The translations under genes were made by a program, and so were the position numbers. The notes under the pieces were generated by a model that saw only the letters and a list, made by a program, of their open reading frames with translations, had not been told where the DNA came from and did not search any database. From a virus (Duplodnaviria; Caudoviricetes), in IMG/VR virus record IMGVR_UViG_3300044217_003911, positions 1 to 40,333 of that record: a DNA stretch of 40,333 bases; one strand, 5' to 3'. Every line of letters starts with the position of its first letter. Within the stretch, counting starts at the first letter, position 1. Positions 1 to 9,361 of this stretch are shown one piece after another.

Positions 1-702
1 CTCGGCCACTACGCGCAACTGTGTTTCCAGTGATTTGCGGTGCGCGATTTCCTCATGCAACTGCTGATTTTGATCGCGCTCTTCGTGAAGCAACGCAAAC
101 TGCTTGCGTTGTAGGCTCTCCAGGCGCAGCAAGGCACAGAACCCCACCACGTTGGCCATAATCAACAGCAGCGCAATACGAAGCATTGCCAAGGGGCCAA
201 TTTCTGCAAACAACACGGCAAAGGCCAGAAACCCAATATTCAAATAGAGGCTGGCAAGCGCTGCCACCGTCAGCAGGTTGGGAATCAAAAGATAAAAAGC
301 CATAGTGGCTACCACCACCGCTGTTACCTGTGTGGGAAGGCTGTCAGGGCGCAACGGCACAATCAAAATGATACCTGTCGCCAGTAGCCATAGCGGCAAA
401 GCATGCAACCAGACTTTGCTGGAATAGCCGCCCCAGCGCCCGATAATGAAGGCCAGCAGAAGGCAGAAGCTCACCACCCCGATACGCATAGCGAGCAGCA
501 AATAAAACTCTTTGGTGATACCGAGAAGGTAATAATCCGAAATGGCAAACATGCCGAAGATCAACGCGGCCACAATCAGGTACAGGCAGGATTCAAACCG
601 CACCCTAGACGCAATGGACTTGCGATACATTGACTCACTGCCACTTTCACAGAACTGACCGGTCAACCAATGCACCTGATAGTGCGTTTTTAGTGAGGAC
701 AA
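1..702 (-). CDS. Multi-pass membrane sensor protein, probably a diguanylate cyclase (5' part only; runs off the window)
   Basis: Manual translation (not in ORF track): TTG at 702 with GGAG upstream (alternative ATG at 630). About 6 hydrophobic segments, then a coiled-coil ending ...HRKSLETQLRVVAE at the window edge, the kind of linker that typically precedes GGDEF domains. The catalytic domain is not visible. Confidence 0.6.
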   Translation of the reverse strand, partial: MSSLKTHYQVHWLTGQFCESGSESMYRKSIASRVRFESCLYLIVAALIFGMFAISDYYLLGITKEFYLLLAMRIGVVSFCLLLAFIIGRWGGYSSKVWLHALPLWLLATGIILIVPLRPDSLPTQVTAVVVATMAFYLLIPNLLTVAALASLYLNIGFLAFAVLFAEIGPLAMLRIALLLIMANVVGFCALLRLESLQRKQFALLHEERDQNQQLHEEIAHRKSLETQLRVVAE

Positions 703-932
703 GGTGCCATACTCCCCGAGTAAAACGGCGATTTTTCTAGATTTCGGACAGCGAGGCAGACTTCACCGACCTTTGGCTGAAGAAATAGCTTATGCCCCCA
801 TAGCTTAATGTTTTTCCATCGATCCTGAATACCGCAGGTGATGCATTTATTGCTTGAGCTCAGGCTTTCTAATGAGCCAGTGTTATACCTTCTCGGCATG
901 ACACAACGATATGTCCAAACAAGGGAAACCGA

Positions 933-1964
933 ATGTTCATATTACTCGATGATATGTCGCTTCCAGCCGCTGTTGCCCTCTTCAGTTTTTGCGCAGTCGT
1001 CATTGGTATCGTTGGCACCCGACTCACTCGAGTGGTTGATAACCTAGCTGATCGCACTGGCTTAGGCGAAGCTATTGCGGGAGCGGTTTTGCTTGGAATG
1101 GCTACCTCGCTATCAGGCATTGTGGTGTCGGTCTCTTCTGCTTGGACCGATAAGCCCGAACTGGCAATGAGTAATGCCCTGGGTGGCATCGCCGTCCAGA
1201 CGCTATTTTTAACGATCGCCGACATGGTATATCGGCGCGCCAATCTGGAACACGCGGCAGCCTCTCTTGGCAACCTGATTCAGGGGGCATTACTTTTGTG
1301 TCTCCTCAGCCTATTGCTGGTGGGGCGTTTCGCGCCTGAGTGGACTTTCTGGCAGATACATCCGATCACACCGTTATTATTTATTGCCTACCTATTTGGT
1401 CTAAGGCTGATTAAAAATGCTCACACACGACCCATGTGGTCCCCGACAAGAACCCGCGAGACGCGTGAGGACCAGCCCGATGAGTCGGCTGGAAAGCTTA
1501 CGCTCAAGCGGCTATGGCTCATTTTCCTGGGGCTCGCGCTGGCAATAGGCTTCACCGGCTGGTTGCTGGAACGTAGCGCGACGATTATTGCTGCCGAAAC
1601 AGGGCTTAGCCAAGCCGCCGTCGGTGTCCTGCTCACATCAGTCGTAACATCGTTACCCGAGCTTGTAACGACAATTGCAGCGGTACGACGGGGAGCGTTA
1701 ACGCTCGCAGTGGCTGGGATTATCGGCGGCAATGCGTTTGATACATTGTTTGCCGCCGCATCAGATGTGGCTTATCGGGGCGGCTCCATTTATCACGTCA
1801 TTCCCAATCATGTGATGCTATGGGTGGCCCTTACTGTATTGATGACGGGGGTGCTCATGTTGGGCCTTCTGCATCGCCAAGAGCAAGGGCCGGCCCGTAT
1901 TGGCTTTGAAAGCATGGCAATAATCGGCCTTTATTTGGCGGGAATCATCATACTCTTCAACTAG
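933..1964 (+). CDS. Sodium:calcium antiporter (CaCA / YrbG-like) family
   Basis: 343 aa, about 10 TM segments, two alpha-repeats: GMATSLSG...SNALGG and VVTSLPEL...GIIGGNAFD. Confidence 0.9.
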   Translation: MFILLDDMSLPAAVALFSFCAVVIGIVGTRLTRVVDNLADRTGLGEAIAGAVLLGMATSLSGIVVSVSSAWTDKPELAMSNALGGIAVQTLFLTIADMVYRRANLEHAAASLGNLIQGALLLCLLSLLLVGRFAPEWTFWQIHPITPLLFIAYLFGLRLIKNAHTRPMWSPTRTRETREDQPDESAGKLTLKRLWLIFLGLALAIGFTGWLLERSATIIAAETGLSQAAVGVLLTSVVTSLPELVTTIAAVRRGALTLAVAGIIGGNAFDTLFAAASDVAYRGGSIYHVIPNHVMLWVALTVLMTGVLMLGLLHRQEQGPARIGFESMAIIGLYLAGIIILFN

Positions 1965-2044
1965 CGGTGCGAAAGCGATCATCCCCTCGAAAAGTACTGT
2001 CTAGAACGCATAAGCCCTTCTGGGTGACCGACATTCGCCCCCAT

Positions 2045-2704
2045 TCAAGCCAACACCTCCCGGGCATTGATCAACGTCAGTCGCCCGGTTTGGAAAGCGC
2101 CGGTATCGATATAGAACACATTACCCAGCCACGTCGGCCGCTCGATGATCGTATGCCCGACCACCACCGCATCGATGCCAGTCACCGGCGTTTTGTCCAT
2201 ACGCTTGATGCGTGAGCGTCCCCACACAATTTGTTCTTTTTCGGCAGGGCCTGCATCTTCAATCGTTGACCAGTCAGCGGGCGGCTCAGCGTGAACAATA
2301 CCTACCTGCTGCCCCATCACTTCAACCTGGCGCGCGTAGGGCAAATACGTCAACGCTTCGAAGAGTATTTGGCGGACTTCGCTCCGATTCTCTTTGCTCG
2401 CCCAGGTGCCGCCGTTGATCATCCAAAGGCTTTCAGCGTTTCCACCCCTCTCCAGAGCCTCCTGAGCGAGCATTTCGTGATTACCGCGTACACCGAAAAA
2501 CCAGGGCTCGAAGGGAAGCGACAGGCACTTCAATGAATCAGCGCCCCGATCGATCAAGTCACCTACGCAAAACAGGCGGTCCTTTATCTTATCGAAATCC
2601 ACGCGAGCCATGGCCTCGATCAGCAAATCGTACTGCCCATGAATATCGCCGACGATGAAGTCCCTTCCCGCGATGTTCTTTCCGTGTTTTTGAATCAAGC
2701 TCAT
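2045..2704 (-). CDS. Ser/Thr protein phosphatase, calcineurin-like metallophosphoesterase (PphA / lambda NinI-like)
   Basis: Motifs GDIHG, GDLIDRG, RGNHE, VHA, VGHT, IDTGA; AGGAG RBS upstream. Confidence 0.92.
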   Translation of the reverse strand: MSLIQKHGKNIAGRDFIVGDIHGQYDLLIEAMARVDFDKIKDRLFCVGDLIDRGADSLKCLSLPFEPWFFGVRGNHEMLAQEALERGGNAESLWMINGGTWASKENRSEVRQILFEALTYLPYARQVEVMGQQVGIVHAEPPADWSTIEDAGPAEKEQIVWGRSRIKRMDKTPVTGIDAVVVGHTIIERPTWLGNVFYIDTGAFQTGRLTLINAREVLA

Positions 2705-2850
2705 TGCGATAGCTCCTGGTTGCAGCAGGATGCTCAGAGGCCCCGAAAAGCGAGGTTGCTAAACGGCCTCAGGCACAATTTGGACACAGTGAAAGACCGG
2801 TGCATTTAGCAGAAGGGTTATTGAGCAGAAAACGGAAGACCTAGAAACGC

Positions 2851-2877
2851 AAAAGGCCCCGTCAAAACGGGGCCTTT
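2851..2877 (-). terminator. Intrinsic terminator hairpin downstream of the tRNA 3'-end repeat
   Basis: aaaggccccgt-caaa-acggggccttt, an 11-bp stem with A/T runs at both ends. Confidence 0.75.
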
Positions 2878-2886
2878 AAAGCAAGG

Positions 2887-2904
2887 TGGCGGAGGGACAG
2901 GGAT
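2887..2904. repeat. Distal att core of the island (copy of the tRNA-Ser 3' end)
   Basis: tggcggagggacagggat is identical to 13380-13397; its reverse complement ends in CCGCCA. Confidence 0.92.
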
Positions 2905-2965
2905 CGCCTTCGCTTAGAATAAAACCCTTCAAAATCAGCATTTTATTTAAATTTTATATAGCTCA

Positions 2966-2985
2966 CTGTAACGGTTTTCTGTAAC
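2966..2985. repeat. Probable integrase arm-type sites
   Basis: Direct repeat ctgtaac at 2966 and 2979 just inside the att; a related tgtaac lies near 13298 at the other island end. Confidence 0.5.
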
Positions 2986-3125
2986 AGTTTCAACGTGCTT
3001 GTCGCCTTGAGCTACTCATAACCACAAAGTGAAAATGTAAAGTTTTAGGTTAGGTCTCTTCTATCATTGGCCACAGATTAAAATCACATGGCCTTATAAC
3101 TAAGTGGACAATCTCAAATAAAATA

Positions 3126-3887
3126 TTACATGGTGAGTTTTTCTGGATAGCCGCCAGCTTCCACAATGGCTACCTGAGTTATTATGGCTGGAACCGTTTT
3201 CCGTAACCAGTTCTGATCCGCAGTGTGCATCGGCTGAGTGCCGTCCTGACTGAATTTGCGAACCTCTAACGGATTCCCTTTGCCGGTCGAGACAAGTTCA
3301 CTTATCCGCCTAAGAACCTCTTGTGAAATATTGTATCTTTTAGCAGCTTCTCTACGCCCCCCAGCCCTGTTATCAATGCGAGTTAGTGCTGCATAAGCCA
3401 TAGATGCAAACGGCTCTCGACCTTCTTGCCATTGACGATAGCGAGCTATGAGATCACGAACAATGTCTGTGTCTACTCGGGCGAACGATGGAGGATTAGG
3501 ATAGTTACCTCGAACGATAGAAGCATGTCCTTTCATGTTGGAGGTGATTACTGCAATAGCAGTACCGCAATGAACAGACTTAACCCCAGGAGGCGGCGGA
3601 TCTTGATCTACAACTTCTGCATACTTGTAGTGGAATCGCAGTTCGTTCCCTCTACCCATCAAGTCCACATGCGCCTCCCAGGCCTCTAGCTCTGTTAATA
3701 AGGCGGCCTTAGCTTCTTCAACGCTCGCAAAGTGTTTTTTGGGCCATGCCGTTAGCTCTCCTGCCTTCAACAGATAGTGTGCTTGTTCAGCATCCCATTC
3801 AACTGAAGGGGCTTGGGATGTATACTCTATTCCCTCAGACTCTGGGTCAGCACTGAAGTATAAAACTTGAACATGTGGATCGCGCAT
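3126..3887 (-). CDS. Hypothetical island cargo protein (candidate defence)
   Basis: 253-aa ORF with AGGA upstream, protein-like composition, at the distal island end. Confidence 0.75.
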   Translation of the reverse strand: MRDPHVQVLYFSADPESEGIEYTSQAPSVEWDAEQAHYLLKAGELTAWPKKHFASVEEAKAALLTELEAWEAHVDLMGRGNELRFHYKYAEVVDQDPPPPGVKSVHCGTAIAVITSNMKGHASIVRGNYPNPPSFARVDTDIVRDLIARYRQWQEGREPFASMAYAALTRIDNRAGGRREAAKRYNISQEVLRRISELVSTGKGNPLEVRKFSQDGTQPMHTADQNWLRKTVPAIITQVAIVEAGGYPEKLTM

Positions 3888-3977
3888 CTGGGATCATCCT
3901 AGCCTTTTAAAGACCCTTAATGATAGTTTTTCGAGAATAATAGTAATGTCTATTCTATGGCAGCGAGAAAAGTTTAT

Positions 3978-5030
3978 TTATGTGTAAGAAAGATGGTTTC
4001 TCAACTTACTCACTAACTCTTTAGCAGCACTCTTTTGGCCAATAGACTCCATCCGCATACAGTAGTCATAAGTAATCAGGCTTTTAACTCCTTCATCAGC
4101 ATCAGGGAGCAGCAAAATGAACACCTTTTTACGCCTTTTGTAGCGTTCAATCAGTTCAAAAAAACTATCTCCACTATTCAGGGTATTGCTAAAAGGGATT
4201 AAAATTGCCGTTGACCTACTGATCTTTGATGTACGCTCGTCAATCCTTAAATTGTTTGTTCTTACTCCATTCTTATACATTTCATCAGTCAAATTATATA
4301 TAAAACTAGTACATTCTGGATGATTGGCAATACCATTAAACAATATTTCTAACCTGTCAGTTGACCATTTCTGCCAATTCATTGCTTTTGGCGTTAGCTC
4401 ATCTTTTTTATAACAGCAAACCACAAGACTCTTACCTAGTGATGATAGCTTATCGCTCTGAACCATACCTTTTAAACTGAGCGCATTACTAGTTACCTCC
4501 CCAAAGGCTCCGCTTTCGATATACTCTGATAGCAGTGAAGAACGGCTTCCAATTCCTCCAGAAGGTGGCACCAATGAATTAATTGAAGCCACGTACATTT
4601 TACGTAAAACTTCGAGATCGGAATAAGTCAGGTCTCTAAGAGATAATATTAAATGCCGCCTTTCTTTATGAGAAAAGTTTTTTGTAGCTATTGCCAATGT
4701 CATGTGCGCGTAAAAGGTTACCTTTTCATCTTCTATTTCACCTGCACATGCTGTAAGAAGCGCGTGAAAATCAGCTTCAGGAACATCTATATTTTCAATA
4801 TCAGCGGCATCAATACTGTTACCATTTTCTAGCAGGTAGCGACAGTAGGCATCCATCCTCTGCTGACTTAGTCTCTGTCTATAACCCCAAGCCCACTCAA
4901 CCATATTAGTTACTGCACCACCACCAGCTAATTCCATACCGCTTCTGAGAATTGATAATATAAATTTATTCCTTTCTCCGTGGTTTTCTGAAATTTGCAT
5001 CACTACTCCTGGTTTAATGAGAAAAATCAC
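3978..5030 (-). CDS. AT-rich protein: helical (Abi-alpha-like) N-terminus and TIR-like C-terminus
   Basis: Likely start near 5000-5003 (AGGAG upstream). The C-terminal ~125 aa show an alternating beta/alpha pattern: LEILF / FIYNLTDEMYKNGV / TAILIPFS / FFEL / KKVFILLL. Confidence 0.6.
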   Translation of the reverse strand: MIFLIKPGVVMQISENHGERNKFILSILRSGMELAGGGAVTNMVEWAWGYRQRLSQQRMDAYCRYLLENGNSIDAADIENIDVPEADFHALLTACAGEIEDEKVTFYAHMTLAIATKNFSHKERRHLILSLRDLTYSDLEVLRKMYVASINSLVPPSGGIGSRSSLLSEYIESGAFGEVTSNALSLKGMVQSDKLSSLGKSLVVCCYKKDELTPKAMNWQKWSTDRLEILFNGIANHPECTSFIYNLTDEMYKNGVRTNNLRIDERTSKISRSTAILIPFSNTLNSGDSFFELIERYKRRKKVFILLLPDADEGVKSLITYDYCMRMESIGQKSAAKELVSKLRNHLSYT

Positions 5031-5098
5031 CCCACCGGAAAGATGAGGCTTAATAACTAAAGGTTATCAGGTTGGTTCACAAAATGTCTTTATAGGTC

Positions 5099-5671
5099 TT
5101 ATGAGCTTTCCTTGGCTGTTCGACAGGCTCGCTTAACGGACGCCGGAGATATATCGAAACGCTCTGCTGTAGCTTTAATGCTGGCGCTGTTCTCCTGACG
5201 CCACTGAGCTACATCCTCATCATTGATGACCTTCTCCCGTCCCAGGGCTTTCCCTTCTGCCTTGGCTCGTTTGATGCCCGCTATTTGTCGCTCCTTGATG
5301 TTGGAGCGTTCAAGCTCAGCCATTGCAGTTAGCATAGTTAGCATTGCCTTGCCCATCGGTGTACTCATGTCGAAGCCTTCACGTAACGACAACACCGCTA
5401 CGCCTTTAGCCTTGAGCAAGTCCACCGTTTCTAATACGTCAACGGTATTGCGCCCTAGACGGTCGATGGCATAGACGATGATGGTATCACCCTCACGGAC
5501 GAAGTTTAGAAGCTCCCCGAGTCCCTTTCTGTCTTTCGCTTTGATAGCACCTGAGGTCGCCTCATCGACAAACCAGCGGTCAACTTTGTGCCGTTCTTCG
5601 ATGGTCGCCCGCTGCGTATCAGTGGACTGGTCTTCTGTGCTGACTCGAACATAAGCGATAGTGGCTGACAT
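5099..5671 (-). CDS. Serine recombinase (resolvase/invertase family)
   Basis: IAYVRVSTEDQ catalytic Ser motif, DRLGRN, ELERSNIKERQ, C-terminal HTH; AAGGAG RBS. Confidence 0.96.
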   Translation of the reverse strand: MSATIAYVRVSTEDQSTDTQRATIEERHKVDRWFVDEATSGAIKAKDRKGLGELLNFVREGDTIIVYAIDRLGRNTVDVLETVDLLKAKGVAVLSLREGFDMSTPMGKAMLTMLTAMAELERSNIKERQIAGIKRAKAEGKALGREKVINDEDVAQWRQENSASIKATAERFDISPASVKRACRTAKESS

Positions 5672-5689
5672 CAGGTAGCTCCTTCATGG

Positions 5690-5803
5690 TGGCTCATTAA
5701 CTATGGCTCATAATGTAGGGCATGGCTCAATGAATATCAACACCTATGAGCCAATTTTTCAGATGGCTCAAGGAATGGATCGCAAGGTGTACCTTTTGAG
5801 CCA
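5690..5803. promoter_or_regulatory. res-like site upstream of the resolvase
   Basis: Six half-sites: TGGCTCA at 5690, 5704, 5723, 5764 and its inverse TGAGCCA at 5747, 5797. Confidence 0.8.
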
Positions 5804-6096
5804 GGGATTAACTATCCAAATGGTGTCAGCTAATCGTTGTTTTAGGCGTGTCTGGTGCGTCAGTCACGTTGATTTATATTTGATTTTAAGTACCCGCTGT
5901 TCGATGGGCTATCGTTAGGATCATGTAAATTAAGCCAAACAGTATCTATCCGCCAGCAAAACATATCGACATAAAGGTATAAAACATTGATTATAAAGGG
6001 TTTACACGCATATTTATGCCTTGTAGCTTCTTTGCTGCTGGCGCTCAGTGAGGGCGCTGAAGTAACACTATCAGATAGCTATAAGGAGTCGAACCA

Positions 6097-6285
6097 ATGT
6101 GGATCAAACTAGAACGCTGGGGAATCGAGGTAGGCGTTAGCGGCCTTCTCATCAGACTTGTTATCAATGATGTCTTTATCCGTATACCGCTGGTTGGTGT
6201 GGTGGCATGGAATCCCCACGCCTTGTGCTTTGATCGGTGGAAAGATGTCAAACATGACAGGGCACACAAGCTGCAAATGCCCTAA
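6097..6285 (+). CDS. Small hypothetical protein
   Basis: 62 aa; strong RBS TAAGGAG 9 nt before ATG. Confidence 0.55.
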   Translation: MWIKLERWGIEVGVSGLLIRLVINDVFIRIPLVGVVAWNPHALCFDRWKDVKHDRAHKLQMP

Positions 6286-6535
6286 CGTTGATCGGTGGGG
6301 ATGGACGGTGAAGGCAACCGCCAACCATCCCCCTGGGTATCAAAAAAGCGACTTACTGATAGGCCATAAATGCTAGTTCTGCGGGGTTACGGGGAAGTCT
6401 AGTCGCTATATACCTATCAATACCTGCTCAGATATTCGCCGTAAAATAACCGCAAGGCCAGCCCCTTTGGAGTCCCGTTCCTCTCTGTCAGTTAATCACA
6501 AGCGAAGCTATAGACCTACCGATTACCGTTGGCCT

Positions 6536-6910
6536 CTATACCTCAAGAAAAGCCGGATCGTTGGTATCCACTGACTCCCCACGGACCAGCAAGAAGAACA
6601 AAACCAAGGCTGTTTCGAGAACCTGGGTTTCCTCCTTGAAGGAGTCGGTCACGGAGCTTCTACACGGCCCGCTTTCGCGTGATTTTCTAAGTTGGAGCAT
6701 GACCCTTTTACCTGGGCAATCTTTCCGCTCACCAAACGCCTTGGCATCAAACCGCATCAACTCATCGACAACAGCCGGTGTTATCAGCAAGTCAGGCTCG
6801 ATAAGATGGATCAGAAGGTTTCTCCTGCTGACGGTCTTGTAGAGATGCCAAAGCTTAGTCTGTGGCGCTTGCCCCTTCAGCTTGTCTACGGATCGGACCT
6901 CAAGTGTCAT
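6536..6910 (-). CDS. Hypothetical protein
   Basis: 124 aa; RBS AAGAGGT just before ATG. Confidence 0.6.
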   Translation of the reverse strand: MTLEVRSVDKLKGQAPQTKLWHLYKTVSRRNLLIHLIEPDLLITPAVVDELMRFDAKAFGERKDCPGKRVMLQLRKSRESGPCRSSVTDSFKEETQVLETALVLFFLLVRGESVDTNDPAFLEV

Positions 6911-7163
6911 ATTACCTCTTTCTCTTTCCTCGTCTCCTTCCAGGAGCGGCCACTGTTCGTCTGGGCATATGAAGATATTTAGTCCGCTGCGTCTTTAGGA
7001 AATGACACCGCGACTCATGGCCTTATGTATGGTGTTCTCTCTGAAAAAAATAGAAGGGCAATCCCTTCGGAATCTCTCAGATTTTGCACAGAACCGCCGC
7101 TGTGGTTGCTACAACTCTCGACAACTGTGAACGCAAGTGAACTTGCTAGCGAGAGCTATCAAA

Positions 7164-7595
7164 ATGAGCAACAACCAACTGACAGTCGCAGACATCACCG
7201 TTCGCCAGGACGACGCTGGCCGTTACAACCTCAACGATCTTCACAGGGCAGCCGGTGGTGAACCGAGACACAGACCTTCACTATGGCTTGAGAATAAACA
7301 AACCCGAGAACTAATAGACGAGCTTGAGGGCGAAGCAGGAAATCCTGCTTTGGTTTCATTGCATGGTGGCCGATCACCAGGAACGTTCTCTTGCAAAGAG
7401 TTGGTCTATGCCTATGCCACATGGATTAGCCCGAAGTTCTATCTGAAAGTCATTCGTGCATACGATCAGCTTCAGACTGAAGGCGTTGCGGTATCTGAAA
7501 GTGCCGCTGGTGATCTGCTCACATCTGAGCCTTTCACCAGTTCTTACCTTTTCTTCACCAGCAACATACATACCATCCTTGCGGATAGCTGGTAG
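7164..7595 (+). pseudogene. KilA-N domain antirepressor-type protein, C-terminally truncated at ~7525
   Basis: RQDDAGRYNLNDLHRAAGG...GTFSCKELVYAYATWISPKFYLKVIRAYD is KilA-N; after GDLLT the ORF reads the antisense of the BRO fragment. Confidence 0.8.
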
Positions 7596-7885
7596 CACGA
7601 TCTTAGTGACCCAATCTTGAAAGGCTTTCGCTTCACGCTTGTCCGAACGCATGACCAGCTTGTACAGGCCGGACTCGGAGATAAGCCAGACATTCTTAAT
7701 ACGTGGGTCGAATGCTGAGGGATGAATCCGATTCACCCCTTCCAATTTCTTCTCGCTATCGTCCAGCTTCCTCAGTGCGGAAGCCGTGTTGAGCTTCCCG
7801 TTGTAGATGTAAACATCCAGGGCGCGGCACACGTCTCCAGTGACGAACCAAGGCTCACCGCCCTGATCCACAACACGGATGTTTA
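7530..7885 (-). pseudogene. BRO-N domain antirepressor fragment (no proper start, truncated C-terminus)
   Basis: NIRVVDQGGEPWFVTGDVCRAL...ISESGLYKLVMRSDKREAKAFQDWVTKIVLPAIRKDGMY is a BRO-N signature. Confidence 0.82.
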
Positions 7886-8229
7886 GGTCCAGCCGTGAGA
7901 TTGCTGAAGTGGTGGAGTCTCGCCATGACAGCGTTAAGCGAACTATTAGATCACTCCGTCAGAAACACAACATCGGTCCTCCACAGGTTGTGGAATACCC
8001 CGATAGCCTTGGACGGCCCGCTGTGGAATACCACGTCAACCAACGCGACAGCTATGTGATCGTCGCTCAGCTATCCCCTGAGTTCACCGCTCGTTTGGTT
8101 GACCGTTGGCAAGAGTTGGAGAAACAGGTAGCCCAGCCCCAGGTTCCCCAATCGTTCGCCGAGGCGCTACGTCTGGCAGCGGATACTCAGGAAAAGAAGG
8201 GACTGGGCCGAATTCTCGGCCGAGCGTAA
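7879..8229 (+). pseudogene. Rha-family phage regulatory protein fragment
   Basis: SSREIAEVVESRHDSVKRTI...RDSYVIVAQLSPEFTARLVDRWQELE...PQSFAEALRLAAD, then an abrupt end. Confidence 0.8.
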
Positions 8230-8235
8230 CTAGGA

Positions 8236-8856
8236 CTACCGTGTATACGTCTGATTGGCCCAGCCAGAGCCGCCATACGATCTACCGCTGTTGCTACCGT
8301 ATGAATTGTTCTGAGGCTGCATACCAGCTACTTGGGTCGCACCGCTCGCGGCGGTTGACGCCATACCAGCATAAGCTGCCCCCTTGGAAGGCGCTTGTCC
8401 TTTCGGTACTGAGTTGATGCGGTTGACCGCCTGGGTCTGCCTGGACTGTTTCTGACGTTGAAGCTGTCCAAGTGTCCAATTCAGGTTTCGGTCGATGGTT
8501 GAGCGGTCTCGGGCAGCGGCACCAGAAATATCCCGTAGGCCAGCACTCACCGAGTTACCTGTGATACCTGCCTCACCGGCAGACACACGCGCCCGCGCCA
8601 TCTGAGAGCGAGCTTCCCTAGTCCGTTCCTCTTTCTCTTCGGTAGCTTTCTGCTGCTCCTGGGACTGGCGTGTATTGATGTCGCCATACTCCCGACCGAG
8701 CGCCTTATAGGTGTTCTGGCGGTTTTGCTTGTACATGTTCCGCTGTGCTTCAGCCCGATCGACAGCCGCTTCATACTGCTGCTGTTGGCCGTAAACCTGT
8801 GCGCCAGTGCTGATGGCCGTCATTGTGGTAGCTGCTATCATGTATGGATCACACAT
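8236..8856 (-). CDS. T7 gp14-like internal virion (ejection) protein
   Basis: MCDP start plus hydrophobic N-terminus, Q/A-rich coiled coil, ARARVSAGEAGITGNSV motif typical of Autographiviridae-type core proteins; AAGGAG RBS. Confidence 0.75.
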   Translation of the reverse strand: MCDPYMIAATTMTAISTGAQVYGQQQQYEAAVDRAEAQRNMYKQNRQNTYKALGREYGDINTRQSQEQQKATEEKEERTREARSQMARARVSAGEAGITGNSVSAGLRDISGAAARDRSTIDRNLNWTLGQLQRQKQSRQTQAVNRINSVPKGQAPSKGAAYAGMASTAASGATQVAGMQPQNNSYGSNSGRSYGGSGWANQTYTR

Positions 8857-9361
8857 TGTCGTACTCCTTCACTGTCTGTCCTTCCGCTCCTGCTACTGCT
8901 AACTTATCGGCCAGTTCGTTCTCTGGATGTCCATCGTGACCACGTACCCAATCGAACTCGACAGAGTGAACCGCTAATAGGTCATCGATCTGTTGCCACA
9001 GGTCGGCGTTCTTTACGGGTCGCTTACTCGCGGTCTTCCAGCCTTTGCGCTTCCAGTTGTGTAACCATTGAGTAGCACCGTCCATGACGTATTTGCTGTC
9101 AGTGGTAAGCTCGACAGAAGATGACTGTTTCAGTGCTGACAAGGCTTCAATGACAGCGGTCAGTTCTGCGCGATTGTTCGTCACTGGCTCCCCTTGGAGT
9201 TTATCGGCCAACTTCAGGCGATGTCCTGAGGCGCTCAGGAGAACGGCTCCCCAACCTGCTTTGGGGTTTTGCTGACCATTATTGGGACAGGCTCCATCCG
9301 TGAAAATACGGACTGTGTTTGATGGGGTCTCAGCGGTAGTAAGTGTGTTTGGTGCAACCAT
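8849..9361 (-). CDS. rnhA: Ribonuclease HI
   Basis: IFTDGACPNNG, TNNRAELTAVIEAL, TDSKYV, WKRKGWKT..PVKNADLW, WVRGHDGHPENELADKLA; all catalytic acidic residues present. Confidence 0.95.
   Translation of the reverse strand: MVAPNTLTTAETPSNTVRIFTDGACPNNGQQNPKAGWGAVLLSASGHRLKLADKLQGEPVTNNRAELTAVIEALSALKQSSSVELTTDSKYVMDGATQWLHNWKRKGWKTASKRPVKNADLWQQIDDLLAVHSVEFDWVRGHDGHPENELADKLAVAGAEGQTVKEYDNV

Noticed and set aside
403-899. ORF-track calls 403-633 (+) and 690-899 (-)
   Set aside because: The first is antisense to the membrane sensor gene; the second spans the intergenic promoter region with no protein-like features.
2760-2790. ggcacaatttggacacag as arm sites of a third, older element to the left
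   Set aside because: Suggestive only; no integrase or further att copy visible to support it.
5690-5803. CRISPR-like or iteron array
   Set aside because: Repeats are 7 bp, in both orientations and irregularly spaced; better explained as resolvase binding sites.
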